This document shows, piece by piece, positions 41,090-52,204 of a stretch of DNA of 64,000 nt. A model generated the notes under the pieces. It ran no database searches. It saw only the letters and a list, made by a program, of their open reading frames with translations, and was not told the DNA's origin. The stretch covers positions 87,792,001 to 87,856,000 of the forward strand of contig NC_043003.1 of NCBI RefSeq assembly GCF_006345805.1, in the 5' to 3' direction. This DNA comes from Octopus sinensis. Taxonomy: Eukaryota. The translations under genes and the position numbers were made by a program. Position 1 is the stretch's first letter, and each line of letters starts with the position of its first letter.

Positions 41090-41270
41090 TGCATAAGTAT
41101 ACATACATGTTCATATAGTGATGAGGAAATGTATTTCTATGGTGATTTAACCAAAGAAACTATAAAAAGAGAATCAGTTTGGTAGATGTAGTAGACTGAA
41201 TACAACTACAAATGTGTCATCTACCAACACTGAATAGAAGTGTTGGGCAGACCCACTATAAACAACCTTA

Positions 41271-41435
<165 letters not shown>

Positions 41436-41559
41436 TCAATTAATAAACAAATTCTATTCAATAAAATCATCATCATTATTCAACATCCTTGTTCCATGCT
41501 GGCATGGAAAATCAAATACCAGACACCTAAACTGGGATAAAGTTCCTGTATTAAAGAGA

Positions 41560-41932
41560 AGGTTGCATATGGTTTTCGGTTCAGTCCCATTACATGACAC
41601 TCTTCGCAAGTATCATCTATAGCCCTGGATTGTATGTGGATTTGGTAGACAGAAACAAAAAAAAATAAGCCCATCATATATATGTGTGTGTGTGTGTTGT
41701 CTTGACATTGAGTGATAGTTGTAAATGAGTGTCACTATCATACAAGCAGTGTCATTCATTTCCAAAAGTCTTCAAAAACATGTCTTGTGATGGGAAAATA
41801 TTACCTTGCTTGGAAAAAGGTAAGAGCTGGCAATATAGGAAGGGGCAGCCAGCCATAGAAAATTTGCCTCAACAAACTCCAACTGACTCAGGAAAGCATG
41901 GAAAAGTGTGGAAACTGGTGATATGATGATGA
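41560..41932 (+). mobile_element. Degenerate SINE ending in an RTE-type (GAT)n tail
   Basis: GGTTCAGTCCCATTACATGACAC head remnant, GTGGATTTGGTAGACAGAAAC body and GATATGATGATGAT tail. Confidence 0.6.
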
Positions 41933-42842
41933 TTTCCTAAACTTTCAGTTGTAGTATCCTTTAGAGTAATACAGGAATGTTTGTTTACTCATGTCATGGA
42001 ATGACTGCCAGCAGCAGTAGCAGATTTGACAAATTTTATAAATGTCAAATCACTTTCATTTATATCTCATTTTAGCTGGTCTATTTTTGATAGAAATTTA
42101 TTGAGCTCTCACTTTATACATATTTAGTTACTTGAATTATTTGACCAATCTTTAGGGCACATGGGACTGATATTTGATTCTGTTTTTTATAGCATTAAAA
42201 CACTCAACAGATGAATCAAAAACTAATTTGATTGTTTTAGATATTAAGAGTATAAAGCCCTCATATCCAAACCAATTTCATGTTAAGAGAATAACATTCT
42301 CATATCTAAAACAATCAAAAAACAGTATTTTATTATTCTATATTATATGATATAAAGTAACTGTTATGATATTGAGTAACTCTCTTAAGTGTTCTGGCAA
42401 CTATTCTCAAAAAAAAAAATGTAAATTGAAGCAAATAGAATAAAGTGTCATGACCAGAAATACTTTGAAGAAAATAAGGTAAATAAGAACTCACAAAAAA
42501 TAATCATGTGCCCCGCCACACACACAATATATCCAGTCAGTTATTTTGGTTTTAGATATATCAGAAAATCTATGTACAATCACTTACAACTAAATGCAGA
42601 AGGATTAATAATTTGTTTGTCTTCTGACTCTAGATTAATATATTCCATGCCACAGCTACTTGTTTTGAACCCTTATTCCTTCAGTTAATCTGGCTGAAAA
42701 TAGTATTTTTAATTACACACTTAAGTTGCAACTTATATACATCTATAATTCAAATTACATTCAACCCTGAATATCTAAACCAATCAATTCTAACTCAGAA
42801 AAACAAAAAGGATGTGATTGAAGTTATCTCAAAACACATTTA

Positions 42843-44134
42843 CGAGGGACGTTCAATACGTAATTCCCCTGACCCACTTGCAGTTGTTTGATCTAGCTGA
42901 AATTTTGCATGTGCAATTATTTATATCTCTATAGATGACGTAGCAAATAACATCTTTGAACTAATTGCGGTTTCTGATTTACAGGTGTTTGAACTGAGTC
43001 AAGTGTGAAATGGAGCCTGTTGAGTGTCGAGCAGTGATTCGGTTTTTGTATTTGAAAGGACGCACACCACGGGAGACTTTTGATGAAATGAAAGTAACTT
43101 ATAGTGATGATGCCTCATCATATGACCTTGTAAAACGCTAGCATCGTGAATTCAAACATGGTCGGAACTCTGTGGAAACAGCTCCCAGATCTGGTGGCCC
43201 AGCTTCTGCCATTGATGAGGCATCTGTCTGTCAAGTTGAGGCTGCCATTTTGGAAGATCGACGCATAACTATTCGCGAAATAGCCCATGAGGTCAAGATT
43301 AGTACCGGGTCTGTGGAAACTATCATTCATAACCATTTGCATATGCAAAAGGTGTCTGCCAGATGAATTCCCAGGCTGTTCACACCCTTCCAGAAGCAAG
43401 AATGCGTCGAATGCTCGAGGGTGAATTTGGAGATGTGCCAAGAAGATGAGTCAAAATTTTTCAAAAGATTGATTACACAGGATGAAACCTGGGTCCATCA
43501 CTATGATCCAGAGACCAAATCCCAGTCAATGCAGTGGAAGCACCATGACTCACCTCCTCCAAAGAAGGCAAGGGTGCAGCCCTCCGCTGGTAAGGTCATG
43601 CTCACAGTCTTCTGGGACCAGGATGGAGTAGTGATGACAGATTTCCTGGCAACGGGTACCACAATTACAGGAGCCTATTGTGCTTCACTTTTGAGGAAAT
43701 TAAGAGAAGCTATCAAAATCAAGAGGTGGGGCAAGATTAGCAAAAGCAGCCTCTTCCTGTAGGACAACGCTCCGGTCCATAACTCGCTTGTCGCCAGATC
43801 AGAAGCACGGGTGTGCGGCTATGAACTCCTCCCCCATCCCCCCTACTCTCCTGACCTTGCACCCTCTGATTTTCACCTCTTCCCAGCCATGAAGTTGTTT
43901 TTGAAAGGAAGACGTTTCCCAGATGATGCAGCCCTGATTTCTGAAGTCACGTCGTGGTTGGATGACCAAGCTGGGGTCTTCTAAAAAAACGGTCTCCAAA
44001 GCTGCATCAAACGATGGGAGAATTGCGTAACATGGGTGGTTCCTATGTAGAAAAAGACTAATAACTGTGCCAAGTTTCGTTGCTCTACTGCTATGGGAAG
44101 TGGGTCAGGGGCATTACTTATTGAACGCCCCTCG
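42843..44134 (+). mobile_element. Full-length mariner (DD34D), transposase pseudogene about 43010-44061
   Basis: TA-flanked TIRs CGAGGGACGTTCAATACGTAATTCCCCTGACCCACTT and its reverse complement; 1292 bp; motifs ITQDETWVHHY, DNAPVH and HPPYSPDLAPSDF; several nonsense codons. Confidence 0.93.
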
Positions 44135-45052
44135 TACATGCAATGTTCCTGAAAAATATTAGTACACTCTTTGTTAACTAAATGAAACTGTCACTTCTTC
44201 ATTAAATGTCCACTTTCCATGCTTGCATGTGTCAGATAGAATTTGTTGAGGCAGATTTTCTGAAGCCAAATGTCCTCCATCACCAACTCTCATCTGTTTT
44301 CAAGCAAGATAATATCTCCCCAAGGCCAGGCATGTTTTCCTCAGAAGACTTCTGATATTCTGAGCAAGATAGGGGCTTCAGATTACTGATGTCAGTTTTA
44401 AGGGTGGACATACCATAGCCACATCATCATCATCATCGTTTAGCGTCCGTTTTCCATGCTAGCATGGGTTGGACGGTTCTACTGGGGTCTGTGAAGCCAG
44501 AAGGCTTCATCAGGCCCAGTCAAATCTGGCAGTGTTTCTACGGCTGGATGCCCTTCCTAACGCCAACCACTCTGTGAGTGTAGTGGGTGCTTTTTACGTG
44601 CCACCCGCACAGGTGCCAGACAGAGGTGGCAAACGGCCATGAACAGATGGTGCTTTTTATGTGCCACCGGCACGAGGGCCAGGCGAGGCTGGCAACGGAC
44701 ACGAACGGATGGTGCTTTTTACGTGCCATCAGCACGAGGCCAGTCGGGGCGGTGCTGGCAACGGTCGCGAAACGGAAGGTTCTCTTACATGCCACCGGCA
44801 CTGGTAACACATCTGCAATTTCCATTGATCGATTTCGATTCTGATCCTCACTTGCCTCAACAGGTCTTCACAAGTAGAGTTTCGACATGCCACCGGCACT
44901 GGTAACACATTTGCAATTTCCATTGATCGATTTCGATTCTGATCCTCACTTGCCTCAACAGGTCTTCACAAGTAGAGTTTTGTGTCCCAAGAAGGGAAGG
45001 TATGCATACATAGGCTGGCTCCATCCCATGTAGAAGGCCACAGGTTATGGAC

Positions 45053-45949
45053 TCACTTGTCCTGCCGGGTCTTCTCACGCACAGCACACTTCCAGAGGTC
45101 TCGGTCTCTAGTCATTTCCTCAGTGTGACCTAAAGTTCGAAGGTCGTGCTTCACCACCTCGCCCCAGGTTTTCCTGGGTCTGCCTCTTCCGCAGGTTCCC
45201 TCAACAGCTAGGGTGTGGCACTTTTTCACACAACTATCTTCATCCATTCTCGCCACATGACCATACCAGCGCAAATGTCTCTCTTGCACACCACAACTGA
45301 TGCTTCTTAGGTCCAGCTTTCCTCTCAAGGTACTTACACTCTGCCGAGTAAGAGTACTGACATTACACATCCATCGGAGCATACTGGCTTCATTTCTTGC
45401 GAGCTTACGCATATCCTCAGCAGTCACGGCCCATGTTTCACTGCCATGTAGCATGGCTGTTCGTACACACGCATCATACAGTCTGCCTTTCACTCTGTGC
45501 GAGAGGCCTTTTGTCACCAGCAGAGGTAAGAGCTCTCTGAACTTTGCCCAAGCTATTCTTACTCTAGCAGTTACACTTTCAGCACACCCGCCCCCGCTGC
45601 TGACTTGGTCACCTAGGTAACGGAAACTATCAACTATTTCTAGTTTTTCTCCCTGGAAAGTGACGGAAGTTGGTCTCAGAGCATTTTCAGTGTTTATTGT
45701 TCCTGAGCATCTGTCACGTACAAAAACCATCTTCCTAGTTAGCCTTCCTTTGACATTGCTGCACCTCTTATGTGTCCATAGCTTACACTTGGTGCATCTT
45801 ATAGAGTTTCTACCTACACCTTTTCTACAGATCGAGCAGGGCCATCTACCTGAAGGCGTTTGTGATTTGTCTACCTTCCTACTGATTACGACTTTGGTTT
45901 TAGCTAGATTGACTCTGAGGCCCTTCGATTCTAATCCTTGTTTCCACAC
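45053..45949 (-). CDS. RTE ORF C-terminal part, same frame after a compensating 13-bp deletion
   Basis: The frame is open from about 46130 through GVHQG..YADD; PHD-like finger and C-terminus near-identical to copy 1. Confidence 0.85.
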   Translation of the reverse strand: MWKQGLESKGLRVNLAKTKVVISRKVDKSQTPSGRWPCSICRKGVGRNSIRCTKCKLWTHKRCSNVKGRLTRKMVFVRDRCSGTINTENALRPTSVTFQGEKLEIVDSFRYLGDQVSSGGGCAESVTARVRIAWAKFRELLPLLVTKGLSHRVKGRLYDACVRTAMLHGSETWAVTAEDMRKLARNEASMLRWMCNVSTLTRQSVSTLRGKLDLRSISCGVQERHLRWYGHVARMDEDSCVKKCHTLAVEGTCGRGRPRKTWGEVVKHDLRTLGHTEEMTRDRDLWKCAVREKTRQDK

Positions 45950-46153
45950 CTGAAACTTCTCCAGTTCTGATAGCGACTCAGCAATTAGAGCAAGGTCATC
46001 AGCATAGAGGAGCTCCCAAGGGCATCTTATCTTGAATTCCTCCGTTATTGCCTGGAGGACTATGATAAATAGGAGGGGGCTGAGGACTGAGCCTTGGTGG
46101 ACCCCTACCTCTACCCGGAATTCTTTCCAATCCTCACCTTACTAGCAGCGTCC

Positions 46154-48199
46154 CTATACATGGCCCGCTCTCACTAACCATTCATCTATCCCTAGTTTCC
46201 TCATTGACCACCAGATAAGGGATCGGGAGACCCTGTCGAAGGCTTTCTCCATGTCAACAAAAGCCAGGTACAGGGGCTTATCTTTGGCTTGGTATTTCTC
46301 CTGCAGCTGCCTTACCAGGAATATAGCATCAGTAGTACTTTTCCCTAGCACAAACCCAAACTGCATCTCATCTAAACTAACTCTCTCTCTAATTAGTTGG
46401 GCTATGACCCTCTCCGTAACCTTCATCACCTGATCCAACAGCTTGATACCTCTGTAGTTATTTGTATCTAGGGCGTCACCTTTACCTTTGTAGCAATTGA
46501 CTATTATGCTGCTACACCAGTCATTGGGTATGACTCCTTTGTGTATCACTTGATTAACTATACGGGTGACTAGGCTATAGCCGACACTACCAGACATTTT
46601 GAGCATCTCTGCAGTGATTCCTAATGGGCCTGGGGCTTTCGCTGTCTTCATGCTTCTAATTGCCTTAGCTACCATGGAACTATCAACTCGGATAGCTGGT
46701 CCCTCTGTTGGGTCAACATTCGGCAGACTCTCTTTATCCCATTCATTTTCTTTATTCAGCAACCTTTCATGGTGGCATCTCCAAACCTCTCTCTTTGCAT
46801 CCTCATTTAGCGCAAGTGAACCATCTTCCATGCGAACACACTTCTCTCCTACCACATCACGATTCTCTCTCACACACTGTCTTGCAACGCGAAACACCTC
46901 CAGTCTTTGGTCCTCACGGCGCAGAACATTGGCAAATTTTTTCTTATCTGCTTCCCCTCTGGCTAAATAAACCTGTCCCCTAGCTTCTCTTTTGGCAGTC
47001 TGATACAATTCCCTGCTACCCCCATTTTTCCAGACCTTCCAAGCCTGTCTCTTTTCTCTAATAGCCCTGTCTACAATATTGTTCCACCACCACGTTATTC
47101 TAGGTCTTAAGGGGACTTTGCACCAGCCACAGATCTGGTCAGTGGCTCTCAGCAGGTTGTCCCTTAGAAACGTCCAGTTGTCTTCTACCCCCTGTGATGC
47201 TCTATCCCCTTCTACTTCGTCAAAGGCTTCAAGTAATATGTCCCTAAATCTCTGTCCATTTGCAGGATCTTTACGCTTCCAGATCCTTCTTCTCCATATT
47301 GGTCGTCTTCTGGTTGTCCTCCTAGTCCTGATCCTAAAGTCACTAACTACCAGTCTATGTTGTGGGGTACATTCTTCACCTGGGAAGGTTTTGGCATTTA
47401 TAAGCAGCCATCTCTCCCTTTGCCTTGCAAGGATGTAGTCAATTTGGCTGGTATGTTGGCCCGATCGGTAAGTGACTAGATGGCTGGTAGGTTTCCTGAA
47501 GTTAGTGTTGCAAATCATAAGATTATTTGCATCGCAGAACTCCAGCAGCCTGGTTCCCTCCTCGTTGCGGGAGCCATAGCCATAGCCTCCATGTACGCCA
47601 TGGAAGCCCCCAGCATGTCGTCCAATGTGACCATTGAAGTCACCAGCCACAAAGATAAGGTCTCTGTCGTTCGTCAACGAGGTAGTCTGCAGTAGAGTGT
47701 CATAGAATCGGTCTTTCTGTCCATCGGGTAGCCCCGACTGAGGAGCATAGGCTGATATAATGGTTGCTAAACTATGATGAAGCACTAATCTAATCTTAAG
47801 TATTCTGTCACATACTCTGATTACCTCAATTACTTTATCTACCCATTTCTCAATGATAAGTATACCCACGCCACCAACCCCGTCAGTGTTCCCTGCCCAG
47901 AAAATCTTGTACCTGCGTTCCTTGCCTGTGAGGAACCTAGTTGATCCTCCTCTCCATCTTATTTCTTGCATGCAACATATATCCACACATCTCCATTCAA
48001 GCATCTCGACTATCTCACCAGACCTACCATTCAGTGTGCCAACGTTGAGGGTGCCAACCCTGAGGGTGTGGGAGACATGGGCTCTAGAGACCCTGGGACG
48101 GTGGACAGTAGCTTTGTGTACCTGAAAAGAAAGCTCACATTTGGCAGAATTCATGTGCAAGTAATGAAGTAGTAAAGTAGCCTTAAGTACAACCTGCAT
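46154..48199 (-). CDS. RTE ORF N-terminal part: complete APE endonuclease and RT N-half
   Basis: GTLNVG, MQE, GDFNGH, IDYIL and PQHRLV intact; ends at a stop caused by a 5-bp deletion. Confidence 0.88.
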   Translation of the reverse strand: MQVVLKATLLLHYLHMNSAKCELSFQVHKATVHRPRVSRAHVSHTLRVGTLNVGTLNGRSGEIVEMLEWRCVDICCMQEIRWRGGSTRFLTGKERRYKIFWAGNTDGVGGVGILIIEKWVDKVIEVIRVCDRILKIRLVLHHSLATIISAYAPQSGLPDGQKDRFYDTLLQTTSLTNDRDLIFVAGDFNGHIGRHAGGFHGVHGGYGYGSRNEEGTRLLEFCDANNLMICNTNFRKPTSHLVTYRSGQHTSQIDYILARQRERWLLINAKTFPGEECTPQHRLVVSDFRIRTRRTTRRRPIWRRRIWKRKDPANGQRFRDILLEAFDEVEGDRASQGVEDNWTFLRDNLLRATDQICGWCKVPLRPRITWWWNNIVDRAIREKRQAWKVWKNGGSRELYQTAKREARGQVYLARGEADKKKFANVLRREDQRLEVFRVARQCVRENRDVVGEKCVRMEDGSLALNEDAKREVWRCHHERLLNKENEWDKESLPNVDPTEGPAIRVDSSMVAKAIRSMKTAKAPGPLGITAEMLKMSGSVGYSLVTRIVNQVIHKGVIPNDWCSSIIVNCYKGKGDALDTNNYRGIKLLDQVMKVTERVIAQLIRERVSLDEMQFGFVLGKSTTDAIFLVRQLQEKYQAKDKPLYLAFVDMEKAFDRVSRSLIWWSMRKLGIDEWLVRAGHV

Positions 48200-48379
48200 A
48201 ACACTAGCCTTTCATATTTTGCACTGTATGAACATTACCTTACATAGGTCGAGACTAGGGGTAGGGAGGGGTAGGGATGGTGAAAGAGCATTTGCAGTCT
48301 TCATGGCAAGCAACCCCGGAATGGCAAAGAATAGGAACTTCCGGCATGTGTGGAGGGGGTGGGAGGGCGGGTGCACCGC

Positions 48380-50320
48380 AAGGAACAATACAATGAGATG
48401 GTAATTGAAGAATAGTGAAAGAATAAAGATGATAAGTGCAAAGATAGAAGGTAGTTGTAGCGAGGCTGAACGAGTCACTTAGCTTTAGCCATTCATGATC
48501 TGTGCGTATTTCTTCTTTAGATATTTTGAAGCGAGTGGGGTTAACGATAATGCGATCGCTCCTTTATATATGGCGATGATGGTTATGGAAAGGGGGGGAC
48601 ATAGAGAAACATAGGGAGAGAGATATGGCGATGATGGTTATGGGAAGGGGGGGGGGACATAGAGAAACATAGGGAGAAAGATAGGGTTAGTTAGAGAGAG
48701 AGGTCAAGGAACACGTGGGAATAAAGCGGTGTGAGGAAATTTGACTGGAGACGGCATTGTCGATAATAAACATTATTGATAAATAGGTTTGAAAATCAAA
48801 GACGTTCTGTTAATCGTGTGAGCTAGAAAATAGGTTTGAAAAATCAGAGGGAATAATCATTATTGATAACTAATATTAACACCGCAGCTTAGTAAGAGGT
48901 TCTGTTAATCATATGAGCTAGCAAATGGGTTTGAGAAATCAGAGGGAATAATCATTATTGATAACTAATATTAACACCGTAGATTAGTAAGAGGTTCTGT
49001 TAATCGTATGAGCTAGCAAATGGGTTTGAGAAATCAGAGGGAATAATCATTATTGATAACTAATATTAACACCGTAGCTTAGTAAGAGGTTCTGTTAATC
49101 GTATGAGCTAGCAAATGGGTTTGAAAAATCAGAGTGGCTATGAACCGGGAGACAAGACTAAACAAAAAAAATGTTTGTGCTAGACAGGGTAATGAGGGAA
49201 TATTGAAAGAATGAGGAACAATACAATGAGATGGTAATTGAAGAATAGTGAAAGAATAAAGATGATAAGTGCAAAGATAGAAGGTAGTTGTAGCGAGGCT
49301 GAACGAGTCACTTAGCTTTAGCCATTCATGATCTGTGCGTATTTCTTCTTTAGATATTTTGAAGCAAGTGGGGTTAACGATAATGCGATCGCTCTTTTAT
49401 ATATGGTGATGATGGTTATGGAAAGGGGGGGGGACATAGAGAAACATAGGGAGAGAGTTATGGCGATGATGGTTATGGGAAGGGTGGTGCATAGAGAAAC
49501 ATAGGGAGAAAGATAGGGTTAGTTAGAGAGGGAGGTCAAGGAACACGTGGGAATAAAGCGGTGTGAGGAAATTTGACTGGGGACGGCATTGTCAATAATA
49601 AACATTATTGATAAATAGGTTTGAAAATCAAAGACGTTCTGTTAATCGTGTGAGCTAGAAAATAGGTTTGAAAAATCAGAGGGAATAATCATTATTGATA
49701 ACTAATATTAACACCGTAGCTTAGTAAGAGGTTCTGTTAATCGTGTGAGCTAGCAAATGGGTTTGAAAAATCAGAGGGAATAATCATTATTGATAACTAA
49801 TATTAACACCGTAGATTAGTAAGAGGTTCTGTTAATCGTATGAGCTAGCAAATGGGTTTGAAAAATCAGAGAGAATAATCATTATTGATAACTAATATTA
49901 ACACCGTAGCTTAGTAAGAGGTTCTGTTAATCGTATGAGCTAGCAAATGGGTTTGAAAAATCAGAGGGAATAATCATTATTGATAACTAATATTAACACC
50001 GTAGCTAGTAAGAGGTTCTGTTAATCGTATGAGCTAGCAAATGGGTTTGAAAAATCAGAGTGGCTATGAACCGGGAGACAAGACTAAACGAAAAAAATGT
50101 TTGTGCTAGACAGGGTAATGAGGGAATACTGAAAGAATGAGGAACAATACAATGAGATGGTAATTGAAGAATAGTGAAAGAATAAAGATGATAAGTGCAA
50201 AGATAGAAGGTAGTTGTAGCGAGGCTGAACGAGTCACTTAGCTTTAGCCATTCATGATCTGTGCGTATTTCTTCTTTAGATATTTTGAAGCGAGTGGGGT
50301 TAACGATAATGCGATCGCTC
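48380..50320 (-). repeat. Hierarchical tandem array: 182-bp block x3, monomers of 833 and 926 bp, internal 95-bp subrepeats
   Basis: GCGATCGCTC ends at 48561, 49394 and 50320; GTTCTGTTAATCG recurs at about 95-bp spacing, 4 times in one monomer and 5 times in the other. Confidence 0.92.
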
Positions 50321-51102
50321 TTGTACTTATTCTTAGTGCATGCTTTGAAAAGTGCAGTTTGATTTTAACAGTTATTTTTCCAAAGCTATAATAGAAGTGA
50401 CAAACGAGCTATTCAGCATATTTTTCTTTATGAGTTCAATAACAGTAACAACGCAATGGAAAGTGTGAGGAATATTAATGCAGTAGATGGGGATTGGACA
50501 ATAAGCATAAGCCAGTATCAATGGTGGTTCCAGAAATTCCGAACCGGAAACTACAGCCTAGAAGATGAGCCTTGTTTTGGAAGATCTGTAGAGCTCTACA
50601 AGGATGTCCTGCAAACCCTGGTGGAACAAAATCCCATCATAACTGCTGAGGAAATAACAGAGAAGCTTGGATTTGGTCATTCAGCGATTCATCGACACCT
50701 GCACTTGAAGAAAAATGACCATCGTTGGCTTCAAGATAATGCTCAGCCACATACAGTGAGGATGACATTCCAAAGGGCTAGAGGAGTTCGATGGGAAACA
50801 ATGCCCCACCCACCATATGCGCTGGACATTGCCCCGTCTGATAATCATTTTTGATAGCAGTCTTAAAAATCATTTGGACGAAAAAAATATGAATTCTGTA
50901 GACACGGTCAGACCAGTGCTGGAGGAATATTTTTCGTCACGGACAAGTGAACTTTGGAAGAGGGACCTTGCAAGTCTACCAGAGAGATGGCATTGTAGAA
51001 AATCAAGGAGCATTATTTTAGATTAAAAAAGAACTTTGTTTATCTTAATTTTGAAAAATAAAAGAAGTATAAAAAAACTGCATTATTTATGGGATAACCC
51101 AA
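50321..51102 (+). mobile_element. Internally deleted mariner, left TIR missing
   Basis: RHIFLYEFN..WWFQKFRTGNYSLEDEP..GRS, QDNAQPH and HPPYALDIAPSD; right TIR CATTATTTATGGGATAACCCAA followed by TA. Confidence 0.85.
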
Positions 51103-51109
51103 TAGAGCA

Positions 51110-51760
51110 TAACTTTAGGGTCCTTCTTACACATCTTACCAATGTAAAATAACATCTTATCTTATAAGACATCCAATAATATGTAATTAGTAAACAATTG
51201 ATGCTAAATGAAGGCTCCTAGAATATTTAAATATTTATCAGGTAAAATGTAAACGAAAAAGACTATGATAAAACAGTAAACGAAAAAGACTATTTCACAC
51301 CATAAATAGCTTTACTCTTAGCCTTAGCTAATGATGGTAGTTTGTGTTAAGTTGTTTATGGTGTGAAATAATTTTTTTGTTAACTGTTTTATGGTGGTCG
51401 CCATTTTACTTGACAAATATTTAAATTCGTTTAGTGTTAATTGTTTCACTAGTATTAGGGCAGTTATAAGAGAAGTTGTCATTTTACATAGGTAAGACAC
51501 ATAAGAAGGACCCTAAAGTTAAATTCTTGTACTCTTTTCTTTATATGTAATTTCAGTAGCTATACTCTTACTCTCAGCTTTAGCTAATGATGGTAGTTTG
51601 TGTTAAGTTATTTATGGTGTGAAGTAGTTTTTTGTTTACTGTTTGATGGTGGTCACCATTGTACTTGATAAATATTTAAATATTCTAGGAATCTTCATTT
51701 AGTGTCAACTGTTTATTAATCACATATTTTTAGGACAGTTATAAGATAAGTTGTTATTTT
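51110..51760. repeat. Three copies of a 200-260-bp unit: one inverted, two tandem
   Basis: 51110-51310 is the reverse complement of the units at 51304-51525 and 51555-51760 (shared TTTATGGTGTGAA, GATAAATATTTAAATATTCTAGGA, AAGAAGGACCCTAAAGTT). Confidence 0.75.
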
Positions 51761-52204
51761 ATTTCCATTTCCACCCCCATTCACCACCTCCTCAATGATG
51801 GCTTTGCCTCTTTTTATATAAAGATTTTGTGTACATGTCTATATATGTTGTACATATGTGTGAGATGGATATATACACATCTATATACATACCTATATAG
51901 GAAATGCATGTATAAATGTGTATTTGTGTATGTCTGCATGTTTATATATAGATAGCAATGGTGGTATCGGTGTGTACAAATTATTTGTTGGTCATAGGTC
52001 ATATATGGGGATGCATGCATATATGCCCGCATATGTCATACACCCACCATTGACGCTCTTAGCAGGATTGAAGGAAATGTGTATGTTATTGAGGTTTTCA
52101 TAAAATATGTTAAAACTTATTAACTGATCAAAGGCACTTATAAACATCTTACCAGAAGTTTAAACCATTATTCCAAATAACCCCTCACTCTTCCAAAGTC
52201 TGCT

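Larger units (their letters stand above)
44421..50320 (-). mobile_element. RTE-clade LINE, copy 2, apparently full length (5.9 kb), sense to KAT8 within its 20-kb intron
   Basis: (GAT)n tail at 44421; 3' UTR like copy 1; ORF 48199-45053 broken near 46125-46170; repetitive 5' array to 50320. Inclusion of the array in the element is an inference; no TSD found. Confidence 0.88.

Noticed and set aside
41118-41199. Possible intronic C/D snoRNA (GTGATGA..CTGA)
   Set aside because: Only a 3-bp terminal stem, no clear C'/D' boxes and no recognisable rRNA guide; expected by chance in AT-rich introns.
48800-50060. CRISPR-like appearance of regularly spaced repeats
   Set aside because: The 95-bp units repeat in their entirety with no unique spacers; eukaryotic context and no cas genes.
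44400-50340. Target-site duplication for RTE copy 2
   Set aside because: The flanks (..CATACCATAGCC and TTGTACTTATTC..) share no direct repeat, so the 5' boundary is inferred from the repeat edge only.
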